A stretch of 64,000 bases of DNA from Camelus dromedarius (GCF_036321535.1 NC_087436.1:120964001-121028000), one strand, 5' to 3'; numbered from the stretch's first letter, positions 1-12,554 are shown. The notes: generated by a model not told the origin, from the letters alone. Numbers and translations are program-made.

Positions 1-560
1 CGTTTGCTCCTGGTATTTGTATATTCAAGCCGCGTACACTTTGATCTCTGCTCCTGAGTTCTTCTTGCTCCTGGTGTGAGGAATGGATGTCATTTTATCT
101 TCTGCCAAACGATTGTCTACTTGTCCCAGCACCGCTTTGCCTGGCGGATCGTGATCGCTGTGGGGAACTGAAACACATCCTTCATCACACGCCGGACTCC
201 CCTGCGGCGGGTCGGCCCCCTCCCCGGCCCCGTGGCCCCGGGGCGCGTGGGTCTGTGCCTGGGCCATCACGGCACCGTCTTCAGGAGGCGTCTGTGCGGC
301 CCCGCCGCCCTGGCTCCTCGCTGCGCGCTTAGCTGTCCTTGCCTGTTTATTTTTCTACAGGAACTTTCTATCAAGCCTTAGCTTCGTGGAAAAAAAGCTC
401 GTTGGAATTTTTATTAGGATCACATCAAATTTATGCCCCAAACCAGGGAGAACTGACATCTTGATGATGTTGGAACGCCCTGACTTTCTATTTTGGGTCT
501 TTTTTGTGTCTTGCAGGAGGGTTTTATGGCTTCTTTCACACAGACTGTGCCCAGTTCTCG
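1..560 (-). mobile_element. Highly diverged L1M/L1ME-type LINE-1 fragment (ORF2 3' region)
   Basis: Collinear matches to antisense L1: ttgtcccagcacc (~121), cttagctgtccttgcctgtttatttttc (~328), ggaatttttattaggatcacatcaaattt...gggagaactgacatcttgatgatgttg (~403-472). Confidence 0.6.
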
Positions 561-2284
561 GTCAGCAGCCTGCTGAGGGCTGGGCAGCAGGGCTCCGTTC
601 TCCGCCCAGCCCTCCCCATCTCCCTCCCATCCCTGCCCTCTGACCTGTGTGTCCACTTTGAGGGGCCTCTTGCCTCCAGCTTCTCTTTGTGTTTGGCTGA
701 TAGGAAGGCCCTCGGAGAGCACAGGATGAGGTGAGACATTGGGCTTTATCGCCTGGCTTGCTGCCTGCCAGCCCCGGTGCCTCACTGTCCATGGTTCATT
801 TTCTTTGACTCCCTGAAGACACCTGCAGTTTCACCCTCTTCATCACCTGCTGGTGTGGGCTTCCCCCCCCCCCCCGCCTGCCTGCCCCAACCCCCAGGGT
901 GACTGGCCCTAATAGAGCTCATCAGGATCTCCCCACGGGCATCTCTCCAGAGCCACAGGGCTGCTGAGCTGCGGGTGACGTGGTGACCGCCACATGTGCC
1001 CTTAGTGGACAGCAGCCTGCACTGGGGCAGAGAGGCTGGCCCAGCTGCACCCGGGCTCCAGCTGTACCTGGGTCTGTCCTGTCCCCGGATCCTCAGTGAC
1101 CCGAGCTCATGACATCTCAGGCTGTGTTTGGTCTCAGCATCCGTAGCTGAGAGGTTGCGGTGGACTCAGACTCAGGGACACCCCTTCTTGGGGGGACCAC
1201 ACGTCCTCCCCATCTTTGACAAGAGCCCCTCGTGCCCGGGCTGTGACCATCCAGTCTTCAGGCACCTGCCTGCATAGGACAGATAAATGATGGCGTGGTC
1301 ACCCGTGGCCACCCGTGGCCATTTGAGGGTCTGCACCGTGGGAACTGGAGTGGCCTCCCACAGCCGACCTCCAGTGTGGCTGTGGGCGAGGATGGAGGAC
1401 ACCTGGCTCGCGGGGCACTTGCTCCGCGGCCAGTGCCTCACACACTTCATCTTAGCTGATTCCTGAAGCCCCTCAGGATGCCCACGGCCCCCTCTCCGCC
1501 TTACTTCACAGGTTGGACAGGTGAGGAACTCGCCTTGCAGGCAGGGCCGGATTTGAGCCCAGATGGTTCTCTCCGCTGGCGTCTCTACCTGTGGGTTTGT
1601 CTCCGACATCCGCCTGTGAGGCTGAGAAGGGGGCTGGTTTTCATCTGGATATGGGGTGATGAAACTTGCGAGGTGTCCTGAAGACACCAAGTGCTGGTTA
1701 GAGCAGGTCGCTGTGCTCCGATCGAGGGCTGGAGAACTGGCCCACCACCTCCCTCCCAGCCTGTCCCGGTGACAGTCCTCGGCCCCAGGCTCCTGGTTTT
1801 CATTACTTGGCAAGGTGGCTCCAGAGGCACACGAAATGCTTGAACTGCTGAATTTCCTCCCCAGAGTCACACTTCTGGAGCTTTTAGAAAGAACAAGCAT
1901 CTTACTTTTAAAACTGTGATTGTCTTTATTTTCTTTAATCTACACCCTGCCACCAGTGTTTAACATCATTGCTGCCCAGAGACCCTACCAAGGGACCATC
2001 TCAGGAGGGCAGGTGACAGCCAGGAGGTCAGGTGTCCCCAAAGAGGGCAGGTGTTCCTCAAAAGTGCAAGTGTCCCCCCAGGAGGGCAGAAGTCCTCCTT
2101 CCCTGAACAAACACTGTGCACCTACTATACACTGTGCATGCACCATGAGGGTACTTTGTAAGCCTCCCCACCCAAAAGCGGCAAATGTCTCATTCAGTTA
2201 ATATCTACTGAGAGTTTATTCTAAACCAGGGGCTGTAGTGTACATCCAGTAACTCATTTGGTCTTCAAACCAACCCTCTGGGGT

Positions 2285-2430
2285 AGATACTATGATCATC
2301 TCGATTCCACAGATGAGGAGCAGAAGCCCAGAGAGGTTCAGAAAGTTGCCTGGAGACACACAGCGAGGAAGCATCAGAGCTGACTTTTATCCTTTTTACT
2401 GACAGTCTGCTTCCTGGGTCACACTGTCTA
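2285..2430 (-). mobile_element. MIR SINE fragment
   Basis: ttccacagatgaggagcagaagcccagagaggttcagaaagttgcctggagacacacag resembles the reverse MIR core. Confidence 0.7.
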
Positions 2431-2499
2431 CTGTGCTGTGTAAACTGGCAGTTGCACACTCAGGCCCAGCGATGCCCTTTGGAGAGGACCCCGGCTCCC

Positions 2500-3460
2500 T
2501 CAGACCAGGCGTGGCCGCCCCTCCCAGCAGGCAGCCCCGCCCCGCCCCGCCCTCTGCTGCTGCACCAGCTGGGTCACCGCAGCCCCCCTCTAGCTTGCGC
2601 CCGCCCGCCCGTCAGGCCGGAGGCGGGCAGTCCAGCCTGTCTAGGTTCCGTGCGGCCGCCCCTCTGTCCGCAGCAAGCCCAGGGAGGAGGCTCGGTGGCG
2701 AACACAGCGCACTGACGCTGGGAGAAGCGCCGGCAAAGCGTCCGTGGAAGCGACAGCTGCTCTCCTGGGTGCTGGGGGCGCCGGGCCCCCAGCAGCTCCG
2801 GGCCCCGCCTGCCCACCCAGCTGCAGAGGCCCTTCGCGCTGGGCCGGGGCTGCGCAAGGAGGTGTTTGGTCCGAGCCCCTGTGTGAGGCTAGTCCAGCTC
2901 GGCAAGGGGCGGGCGGGCCCCTTCCTGCACATGGCTGTTTGCAGGAACCCAGGGCGTCCCCTCATCCGATACCAGAGGCCCGTCCTGAGCGCTGTTCCCG
3001 CAAACTCACGCGGGATCCAGGAAGGGGTGCGGGCGGGATCCAGGAAGGGGTGCGGGCAGGATCCAGGGCCTGTCCCTCTCACGGGGAGCTTACTGTCCAG
3101 CAGAGAGTCACGGGGAGGGGACGTGGGACCGCGAATCCCAGGACACAGCTCAGTGCCAACGACTGCCCGGAGGACCCAGAGCCAGCTCGCAGGCCGGGGC
3201 CCGCGGCCACCCTGCCGGAGCGCTCCTGAGGGAGCGGCAAGCCGGGGGCTGTGCCCGCGCGGGGAGCTGGCGCCTGGTTGGGTCATCCACCTCCGAACAG
3301 AGAACTCGCTGCTCTTGGGGGCTGCTCTGCTGACCCCCTGGTTCTCCAAAGCCCCTTGCCCCATCCCTGTTGGGGCCAGGAGGGGCCAGGGACAGGCCAG
3401 GCGCCCCGGCCCCGCTGCAACGGAGGCCGGCCAGGGCCAGGAGCCAGGCGTGGGGAAAGC
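2500..3460. promoter_or_regulatory. CpG-dense GC-box patch (candidate CpG island or regulatory element)
   Basis: Many CpGs; overlapping Sp/KLF boxes gccccgcccgccccgccc (~2534-2552) and ggggcgggcggg (~2906). No linked exon identified. Confidence 0.4.
3011..3068. repeat. 23-bp tandem repeat, about 2.5 copies
   Basis: cgggatccaggaaggggtgcggg at 3011-3033 and 3034-3056, then partial caggatccaggg. Confidence 0.95.
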
Positions 3461-6400
3461 AGCTCCACACGAGGATTTGATTTCTTAGCTGTAATTGCCT
3501 CGTTCCCCCAAAGCAAAGGGTGGAAACCTGACTCTTGAACCTGGCCCTGTGGGCGGAGGAGGCACTGGGAGCCTCCAGATGGGGGCTGGTGACCTCGTGG
3601 CCGTGAGCCCACTTTCTCCCTGAGATCAGGACCGCCTGCAGCCGCCTGGGAAGAGCCCGCAGGGGGAGGGCCAGGCCCTACCCCGCTCCCGACGCCACGG
3701 GCAGCCGGTCGTCCCCAGGGCTCCCTTTCCTGTAGGTGAAGGGACGGTGGGACCCCAAGAGTCGTGTCTCTGGGACCTGGGGCCTCAGCCCTCACCCCGT
3801 GCCCCTGCCCCGGGCGCTGCACTACGGATGCCCTCGGGTGCAGGGGGCTAGGTGTGGCCCCGGGGTTCTGCCTCAGGCGGGCTGTGGCCTGAAGCATGTG
3901 ACACTCCCTCTGCTGCGTGGCTGTGGGAGGAAATGCCCTGGTGAAGGGGAGAGGCGCCGCGGGGCTGAGGCTGGTGCTGGTCGTGCACTGACGTGGCCGC
4001 GGACGGACGTCAGTTTCCAGAGCACTTTGAGGCTCACAGCAGAAGCCTCCCTGACGTTAACCCCGCCCCTGGCACCATGCTTTCTAAATCCCTCTCACGT
4101 CCATCTCTCCAGCATCAGTGCAGATGGAAATGTAAAGCTGACTGACTGTATTCCGAACCCCAAGAAGCCAAGATAGAGGACCGACGAGGGGTTCGGGTGG
4201 TTCCGTCAAGTCCCAGCGTGCTGGAGCACCTGGGCAGAGGATGCATGAGCACCCCTCAGGGACGAGGGGGAGCAGGAACAGCCCAGTGCCCAGGACCACC
4301 CCGGGGTCATGGAGCACAGGGTAAGGGCGGGGCTGAAGACCCACAAGAACTAGGGCCCCTGACCTCCCCAATCTTTCTCTTGGTGGCAGGAGGGCCTGTG
4401 TGCATGCTGGCCTTTGGGGACCACACGGCCAGAGGGTGGGTCACAGCATCTGACTTGGAGGTGGGTTTGGCAGGAGGCGGCGTGAAAGGAAGCAGGGTGG
4501 GAGCAGAGGGAGAGCGCATGGCCTTGGGGCTGAGATGAGGCCTCCTTTGGCCCCTGAGCTCCCTGGGGGCCAGGCCCAGTGGGAGCTGTATCTTACGGCA
4601 TCAGTGATTGAGCTTCTGGCCTCATAAGGAGAGACACAGCGAGAGCCTGCGGGCTTGGCCGCACTGGAAGTGAAAGACTGTGCATGCAGGAACGGCAGAG
4701 CTTCAGGTATCCGTTGGCCTGCCCAGGCCTCCCCGACACCCTACCTGCGGCGGCCGGGAGCGGCTGGGGGCCCAGGGTCGACGCTAAACCTCGAGCCACA
4801 CGGATGGGAGTTCAGTCCAAACAGTTGCTGGCGCCTGCACCTCCGAGACCTCGTGGAAATTGGATGATCAGCTCTCACTGGCTTCACCGGAGTACTATTT
4901 CCTTCTCTTCTGAAATCAATTTCACCAAAGCCAAAGCTTTAGATCAGGTTAAATAGCTACTGAAACACGAGGGATGGGGTCAACCCGCCAACAGCAAGCT
5001 TTCTCTGGAACTGACGGCAGCAGAAAGGGAGGTGTCAAAGCACTGGGAGCCACAGATGGTTCCATGGCCTCAGGAGGGAGCAGAGCCATGCTTTATTCAT
5101 CAGTCTCTGACACAGAGGGGTAGCAGGAAACGCTAGCGAGTGGCCGTGAGCACACGCTGGTGAGCGCATGAATAGACGGATGGGCGAATGGGTGTCAAGA
5201 AGAGAGTCTACTAACCTCCGCCGTGGGCGCGATGACGCTGGCCTTGCCTGCCTCGGAGGCGCGAACCGAGGGCCCAGTGAAGCATCCCCGCGCAAGGCGA
5301 AAGGCAGAGGAGCCGGTCAAGTCCTCGAGCAGCGGAGGGAGGAGCTTCCGCCCAGGGCGGGAGTTTTTTCAGGGGAGAGTCACAAAACTTTTCCCGTGTT
5401 TTCGTGAGGTCCCACCCCCGGCCTGGGGGCAGGAATACCAGGTGAGGCCCTAACCAGGGGCCAACGCTGGGGCAGAGGCAGGGAGAGTGAGGGGAGCAAC
5501 TTCCAAGGGCACTGCTGACTCTGACCTTGAAGTCTGGCCATTGTGAGGCCCCAGAGAGCTCCCGGGCCCTCTTCTGGGGAGCAAGGGGACCCTGTGAGAG
5601 GCTGGCCATCACGCCTGGGCTAGGCCAGAGGCAGGATGCTGTGGTCTGCTGCGCAGGGTGGGCCAGGGGCCCAGGAGACGAGCGAGGCTAGGGAGGGGCC
5701 CCAGGCCAACGTGCGCTGCAGGTGTCCCGGGCATCCTGGCTGTACCACCAGGGGGATGACCAGATTTGTGCCACAAACTCTTTGGAGGGAAAGGGGCTGT
5801 GACTTCCCCCTACCTTGGGGGGGGGGGGGCTAGACAGGCAGCATCCACCAGGTAATTGTCAGCTGAGTGCAGGTGTTCCCACCGCAGCCCTGAACGGGCT
5901 CTCTGGCTGTGGCTGGTGCAGGAGGCAGCGGGCAGGGGTGCTCCAGCCACTTGCTGACCAGCCACAGGGCAGGGAGCTGGAGCCGGGGCGGGAGGAGGGG
6001 AGAGGCTGCTCCTCCTGGGCTGGGGGTCAGTGCCACACAGAGGGCTCGCCCTGGGACCACTGGCCAGCGAGTGGAGCCCTGGGTCATTGGTAACTGTGCT
6101 CGGGGCTGCCAGAAATGTGCGTTGGTCTCTGTCAGCCTCCACGGGACCTCCAGCAGGCAGAATGCCACATCTGGCTCCTTCCTTTTCTGATTACAAATCC
6201 CACTGCAGAGACTTGGGAAAACAGAAGAAGAGGCAACGAACATAAAAAATCACCTGCACTCCACCCTGTGCACTTGTGGCCGCAACCGCGGCAGAAGTCC
6301 TCCCGGGCCATGACCTGGGTGGGCAGGGACAAGGCTCTTGCGACTGATGTCAGGTCATCCTCAATCACTGTCCTTAGATTGCAAATGAACTGAAAATCCA

Positions 6401-7474
6401 TGGTGTTCTGGAAGCATCTGGACTCCAACTACGTGGTGAAAAGTACAAATGTGGGAGAGGGGAGGTCCCAGACACCAGCTGAGAGACCCCCGACTAACTT
6501 GGGGGTCTCTGGTGGCTTGCTCCCCAGCCATCCTCTGGGACGACGGGGACAACCCCCAGTTGTGCTGCAGGGGGGCTGAGGGCAAGCACGGCCAGCACCC
6601 GCCCTGCTGCTAGACCCCCAGGGCCCCTTACTGGGTGGTCTGGGGAGCGGGTGGAGGTGGCGCCTGTGGGGCCAGCACACAAGCCCTGCACACAAGGCTC
6701 CCTTGCAGATGTGAGCATAGACCACTCCTAGAGACCCTCCTTCTCGACTGACAGGGAGAAGATGGGGGTCTGAGGCCCAGGGAGGGACAAGCTTGCCTGA
6801 GGTCACATGATGACATCAGGACCTGGCTCTGAGCATGGGGCTCACGGTGGAGGAGAAAGCCAGCTGGGCCACGTGCAGAGGGGCACGATGCTTTCTGGTG
6901 TCATCATGACTTTCTTATTCCCTGGGAAAGAAGAGATGAAAGCCACACCAGCTGGGTTTAAGACGGAGGTTTAAGTGTTTTGATTTAAACCGTCCCGTAA
7001 TTGGGGAGTAGTTTGCATCGGTCAACACAACCTGCCTGGGGGCCATTCCTATATCGCCTGGACTGGACTGGACTGGACTCTGAGCCCATGTGAAGCAATT
7101 CGAGGCTGTGAGCCCAGACCACTCCCACCCTCTCTCGTCTTCATTGCGTCCTGGGGCCGAGGAGTTTGAGGAAAGGCACATTTTTGCTTCTCGGGGGTCT
7201 GGAAGGAACAGCCTCGGGGAGGGGCAGCCCCAGGCCTGTGGGCGGCTTGGACACAGCCCTGAGTCTAGCTCACCCCAGCATTCCCTACGGCCACATCCTG
7301 GGTCCACAGCCGTATCCACCTCGAGGGAGAGCGCTGGCCTGAGCATGGGGGCTGGATGGGGGGTGAGGACAAAGCACGATGACTGCCAGTCAGACTGTGG
7401 GCCTGACACTTGGGGCCCCAGCATGAAGTCTGTCTGTGCCCCTTGCCACCAGCCGAGTGCCCTCCATGGAAAAT

Positions 7475-7568
7475 CACTCAGCACTCCGTGCCTCACTCTT
7501 CTCTCTGTAAAATGGGAGTGAAGACCTGCTTATCTCTCAGAGTGAAACACAATGTGCTTGGCACATGC
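7475..7568 (+). mobile_element. MIR SINE fragment
   Basis: tgcctcactcttctctctgtaaaatggga...gcttggcacatg matches the MIR core and tail. Confidence 0.65.
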
Positions 7569-7899
7569 TGGTGATGGAGCCCCTCTTCCCCCTCCCTGTT
7601 CGTCTCCCTTTGTCACTGTTGTCCTTACTGAGGGGCCTGGCGGGTGGGGAGAGAGGACTGGGGAGTGCCGTGCAGAGGCCACCCTGGATGTGCCCCCAGC
7701 AGGACCATCAGTCAGGGTGTGTTTGCTACGGGGGGGGGGAGTGTTTCAGTCCCCTCCCACGGAACCCCCAGAGCCGCTGTCCCCCGGAGGGGGGGTGCAT
7801 GCCGGCGTGTGGTCCTAGACATTGGGACAGGCATGGTCTGAGCCAGGACGGCTGGCTCTCCCCCCTCCTGCTGCTGCGCAGGCTGGGCAGACACCCCCA

Positions 7900-8450
7900 G
7901 CTCCCGGCCCGCCCCCTCCCCTAAAGACAGACCCTAGCGCAGGGGTTCAGGCGAGATGCCCTCCCCGCCCCTTGGACTCCCCGGGCAGATGACAGGGCCC
8001 GAGCGGGCTCTTTCCTTCAAGACACCTTTCCCAGCAAGACGCCCAGCGGGAGGCCGGCGGCGCGCGCTGGCACATCGCGGTCGTGACAGGGTTTAAGTCG
8101 CTTCCACTGACCGCGCTGTTTGCTCACCTCTTCCTCCCGTTTCATAAATTGCGTTGCATTGTTTGGGGGGGTTGATTCTTTGAAAATAAGTGATTAACCA
8201 GACCCCTTCCTGGAGCGCCTGCCGCGCGGCTTCGGGAGACCGTCCCGCGGTGGCTGGGCAGGCCTCCCCACGGTCCGCTTGCCTCGGCGGCCCCTCGAGG
8301 GAAGCAGCAGTCCCCCCAGGAGCCTGGAGCCGGCGCTCCCAACATCGCCCCGCGGCGGAGGGCGAATGGCTCCCGGGGCCGGAAAGAGGCGGCGCCGCCC
8401 ACAGCCCCGTGGCGAGGCCGGGTCGGCGCCCAGCGCAGGCACTTCACATG
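7900..8450. promoter_or_regulatory. CpG-dense patch with an internal AT-rich core (candidate regulatory element)
   Basis: High CpG density (e.g. ggccggcggcgcgcgctgg) surrounding a non-repeat AT-rich stretch at ~8090-8200. Confidence 0.4.
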
Positions 8451-9699
8451 CGTTCTCTTACTTCACCCTTGCAAGAACGCAGTCAGGAAGGTTCTTCCCC
8501 CATTTAATCGATGAGGAAATGGGGGCTCAAAAAAGTGCCTGCGGTGAAGACAGTCGCTGTTTCCTCCCCCTGCCCGCTGTCCTCCACCAGCCTGCACCGC
8601 GCCCTCAGCCCAGCCCACCCTTGCCAGGAGGGTCCCAGCTTCCTCAGAGGGCAGAGGAGGCCGTTGCCTTGGCAACGAGGTCCTTCCGCCTCCCTGGGCA
8701 GGGCTGGCTTCATTGCCCAAAGCCCCTCCTAAGACCTCCTCTGGGGGCGCAGCTTAGCCCAGAGTCCACAGAGCCTCGAGGGACGCAGGGCTCTGGGCCC
8801 CACTCGGGGCCCCCACCCTTGGGGGCCGTGGGTGGAATTTAAAGCTCCAGAAGTATTCTTAAAAAGCACCCATGCGGCTTGGTTAAACCTCCTAAAATAA
8901 TTGCAGTCAAGCAATTACTCCGTTTAAAGGCGTTTGGAGGTGTTGAGATCCAGGCTCACATTTTTCGTGATGAAAGCAAGTCCCTTTGTGCTGCGGAGCC
9001 CGGTGCGGGGGCGGCTCGGCATTGGTGCGCCCTGTGGGCGCGCCCCATGTGCCCCTCCCCTCTTCTCGGCGCCCACTCCTCCCAGCCGGGCCGGGAGCCT
9101 GAGGAAACGAGGAAAGGCAAAGGGAGGAGGAAGGCAGCACTTTCTCAGGTCCCAGCAGAGGAGGAGCCTTTGCGGGGAAGGCGCTTCCCCGATGGCACCT
9201 GGCTTGCCGGCGACTCCATCCCACTCCAGCCCCTCTGCCTTGGTCAGGGAGGGCAGCCAGGGGACTCCCTGAGGGGGCAGGCCCACCATCTCTGTGTCCC
9301 CCCACCCCCTTCCTGTCTCTCTCCCTCCTTTCACTCCTCACAAGGCACCTCCTCTGCGCTCACATTTAGAATCAGCAGGGATACAAGGCAGCCCCTGCCC
9401 TCGGGAGCTCCAGCAGAAGGACAGACCACAGGGGGTGGGGTTGTGACAAGGAGGGACGGGGTGTGGGAACAGAGGGGGTGCCTGTCACTACCTCTGGGAC
9501 CCAGGGAGCCTTTCTAGAGGAGGCAGGTGAAACACAGGTGACCCTGTGGCCAGGCCCCCTCCCTCCCCCAGGGCCTGGCCGACAGAATGGGTGGAGGGAA
9601 CAGACTGTGTCCTGAGTCTGAGCCTTGAGAGGCCACACTTGCTTCTGCACGTCAACCTTCTGGAGCCTCTGACCTCCCCTGTGAGGAGGGCCTGCCCGG

Positions 9700-9888
9700 G
9701 GGGACGGGGACAGGCACAGCAGTGCTGACGTGAGCCCACAGCCTGGAGCCCCAGCTGCGCTCAGCTCGAAGCAGCCAAGCCCTAGCCAAGCACAGGCTTG
9801 TGAGTAAGAACCAAATGCTCTGTCGTAAGCCTCTGAGTTGTGATGGTTTGTTACGCAGCATTACCGAGACCAGAGCTAACCTATGCAA
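9700..9888 (+). mobile_element. MLT1-family (ERVL-MaLR) LTR 3' fragment
   Basis: gtgagtaagaaccaaatgctctgtcgtaagcctctgagttgtgatggtttgttacgcagcatt...gctaacc is a typical MLT1 3' end. Confidence 0.6.
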
Positions 9889-11589
9889 AGTGACACTTGT
9901 TCTACACTGTTACATCCAGTAGGGGTGGCTGGGTGCGGAGGGCACTTCAGGCAAAGTAAAAGATGCAAACAGGGAAGGAGTGTGCTGGGCCTCAACTGGG
10001 GGTCTGGGCCCCACCTGGGCTCTAGAGGGAGGAGGGAGGGGGCATCCTCAGGGTCTGCCCCACCAGGGTGGGAGATGCACCAAACCAGGGAGACTTTCCC
10101 CTGCCCACCCCCCACCCACTGGGCTCTGTTGGGCCTTCTCCCTCGGAGCCCATCTTTTACCTAAAGACTTCTTTTTGGGGTCCCCCATCTCCTGTGATCT
10201 CCCCATGAGGAGTGTGGACTGCAGCCCAAAGTGATGAGACCCGATTCTCCACCCAGCCCCCACCTCTGGGCCTGGCCTGTGCTGTCCCCTCCATCTGGAA
10301 GGACAGCCCCCTCCTTGCCCCTCCTTCCCACAGTCCCCTCTGCCTGTGACACTCCACATCCTTCAGAACCTCGTTCACATGCCACCCTTGGTAGGACAGG
10401 TCTCCCACTGGCCAGCAGTCGCCTCAGCCTCCCGAGTGGGCAGCTCTCCACCTCTGTCCAAAGGCCTCGAGCACTTTCTGTCTCGTGACAAAATCAGGCA
10501 TCGGTCAGAGTGACACTGCTGCCCAGACGCTCAGATGCTGTGCACCTGGACCACCAGGGCACGTGCAGGGTGCAGAGTCCCAGGTCACACCACCAGAGCA
10601 CAGGCTCCATTTGGTCCAAAGGTGGGGCTAAACCTGGGGCCCGTGTCTGCTCAGCTGCGCACACAGAGAAGCAGTGACCCAGGCCACCAGGACGGCCGGC
10701 GGCGGCCTCACCCCCGCACCCCTCGCACACCCGGCGGGGCACACAGCGGGCTGTTTGTCCAGTGCCGCTGGCCTTCTCCAGCACCAGAGCTCTGTGCCCA
10801 GAGGACATTCCAAGCTGTCAGCTTTGGAGATGAAGAAAAATGGGCTGTTTCGCCCTTTAGAAGAAACACTCCATTTTGGCCCCATTACTTAGCTAACTGA
10901 CTCCACTGCGGCCTGGACCCCTGCCTGGGACCCAGGAGGGTGGAGGGAACATAGACCCAAGGGGTGCAGGCCCGCAGGCCCTCCTCGTGGGCTCTGGACG
11001 GACTTCTGCCTGCCCGCTGCCCCATAAGCTGTCAGGCACCCCCCCCCCGCCAGGATCCCCCCAGGATGCGTCCAGGATGTGGGTCCTGATGGGCCAGGCT
11101 GCCGGGGTGGGCTGATCCCTGATACTCAAAGGCTTAAGGGTCACTGAGCCAGGGCATTAGGAGACCTCCCCTGCTCCCACTCCCCCCAGCCCTGCAGGTC
11201 CCAGCCCCCCAGGGGGCTGACCGAAGCCTGGATTCCTCCTTCAGCCTTGCTTCCTCCTACAAGAACCAAATACACTCCCCGCACACTCATGTCCTGGAGT
11301 CACAGACCCTGTCCGACCCTCGGGGCCCTGTGCACCTGTCAAGGTTACCCCTTCTCCTCCCAGCCCCGACCCCAACCACAGCCCAGGAGCCAGCAGCTCC
11401 CGCAAGGCCGTGCCCCACCCAAGACCCAGACAGTCTGCACCAGCCACGAGGCTGCTCCTTGGTGAGCTGGGGGCCGCAGGGTCACAGCTGCAAACAAGGT
11501 CCAGGTTCCCTTCCCTGGGCTCGTAAACACCAGGAGCAGACACGTGTGGTTAAATCCAAAGAACGAAATCTGGTCCCCTCCAGTTTCTA

Positions 11590-12060
11590 ATAGCATTTGT
11601 TTTTCAAACAGCCTGCAGCCCTCAGCACGGAGAGTGGAAATTTTATGCCTTGGAAGAGAGACCTTTTACTCCCGGGCCTTAAACAAAAAAGCCTGAATCA
11701 TTCCAAAACAAATTAACTCCCAATCAGCCAGCTTGTCTCAAAAGGGAGATAAAGTGGAAAGTAAACATCACTTGATTCCTTCCATGTATTTAAACATTAC
11801 TTTTAACAATAAGAGCAGATATTTACACACACAGGCGTTAAAACCCGAGGGCTGAGCAATTAGCCCTGCCTTCCAAAGCACCGTTTACTGACTTGTTAAG
11901 GAAAGCACCAATTTCTCAGATAAATAAACCATTCTGAGCTCAGCTGTAAACTGATTTTTTACATTTACTTAAATTACACCACGACTATTCCAGGACATTC
12001 TTATTTTATCTCTTCGGGAGAACAGAAATGAAAGTTCTAGCTCACAAATTTGCTTTCCTT
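11590..12060. promoter_or_regulatory. Candidate enhancer: AT-rich island with forkhead/GATA motif cluster
   Basis: GTAAACA 11761, TATTTAC 11820, ATAAATA 11920; AGATAA 11747 and 11918, TTATCT 12006; AACAAT 11805; CATTCCA 11699. No repeat recognised. Confidence 0.4.
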
Positions 12061-12087
12061 GCCTCTGCCTTAAGATGCGCTCAGTCC

Positions 12088-12200
12088 TCGATTCACTCAT
12101 TCTCAAATCTCTCCCGCGTCTGCTGTGTCCTGGGTGCCGTGCTGGGCCCCGGGGGTGGGCGTTGGTGGGTACAACTCCACAGATCTCTCTGCACTTACTG
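12088..12200 (-). mobile_element. L2 LINE 3'-end fragment
   Basis: attcactcattc followed by tgctgtgtcctgggtgccgtgctgggcccc, the reverse L2 tail pattern. Confidence 0.45.
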
Positions 12201-12554
12201 TCCTGCTTCCAGCCCACCACAGAGACCAGAGAAATGGAAGCTACACTGAAGTCCGCGGCAGGGCCGGAAAGCGGGGCCGCGCGCCCTCCGAAGACCCAGA
12301 CTGCGCGGTCCGCGTGGGTCGGAACCAAGGAAGGCCCGCCCAACACAGGCAAAGCCAGAAGGGGGAAGGCAGGGCGACCGGGAGGACACGGAGGCGAGAA
12401 AGGCCCCGCAGACACGGGGACAAGCAGGCGCAGGGGAGGTGGGCGGTGACGGGGCGGGAGTGAGCGCAGCTGGGGAGGCGCGGGCAGCGCCTTCATGAGC
12501 CGGCTGGGCTTTGGAGCAGTCAGGGAACTATTTGAGTGAAGGCTGTTCATTCTC

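Noticed and set aside
3011..3068. CRISPR-like direct repeats (also 18415 and 63578)
   Set aside because: Adjacent tandem copies with no spacers and no cas genes, in a mammalian context.
2433..3488. 351-aa ORF, with overlapping 250-aa and 204-aa ORFs
   Set aside because: Non-ATG start, Pro/Gly/Ala/Arg-rich, no recognisable domain, long ORFs open on both strands: the expected artefact of stop-poor GC-rich DNA.
5745..5758. CTCF-like motif CCACCAGGGGGATG
   Set aside because: Lacks the conserved GC 3' positions; partial matches are frequent in GC-rich DNA.
6955..6994. Imperfect hairpin (ggtttaa...ttaaacc) as a possible microRNA
   Set aside because: The stem is too short for a pre-miRNA and no known mature sequence was recognised.
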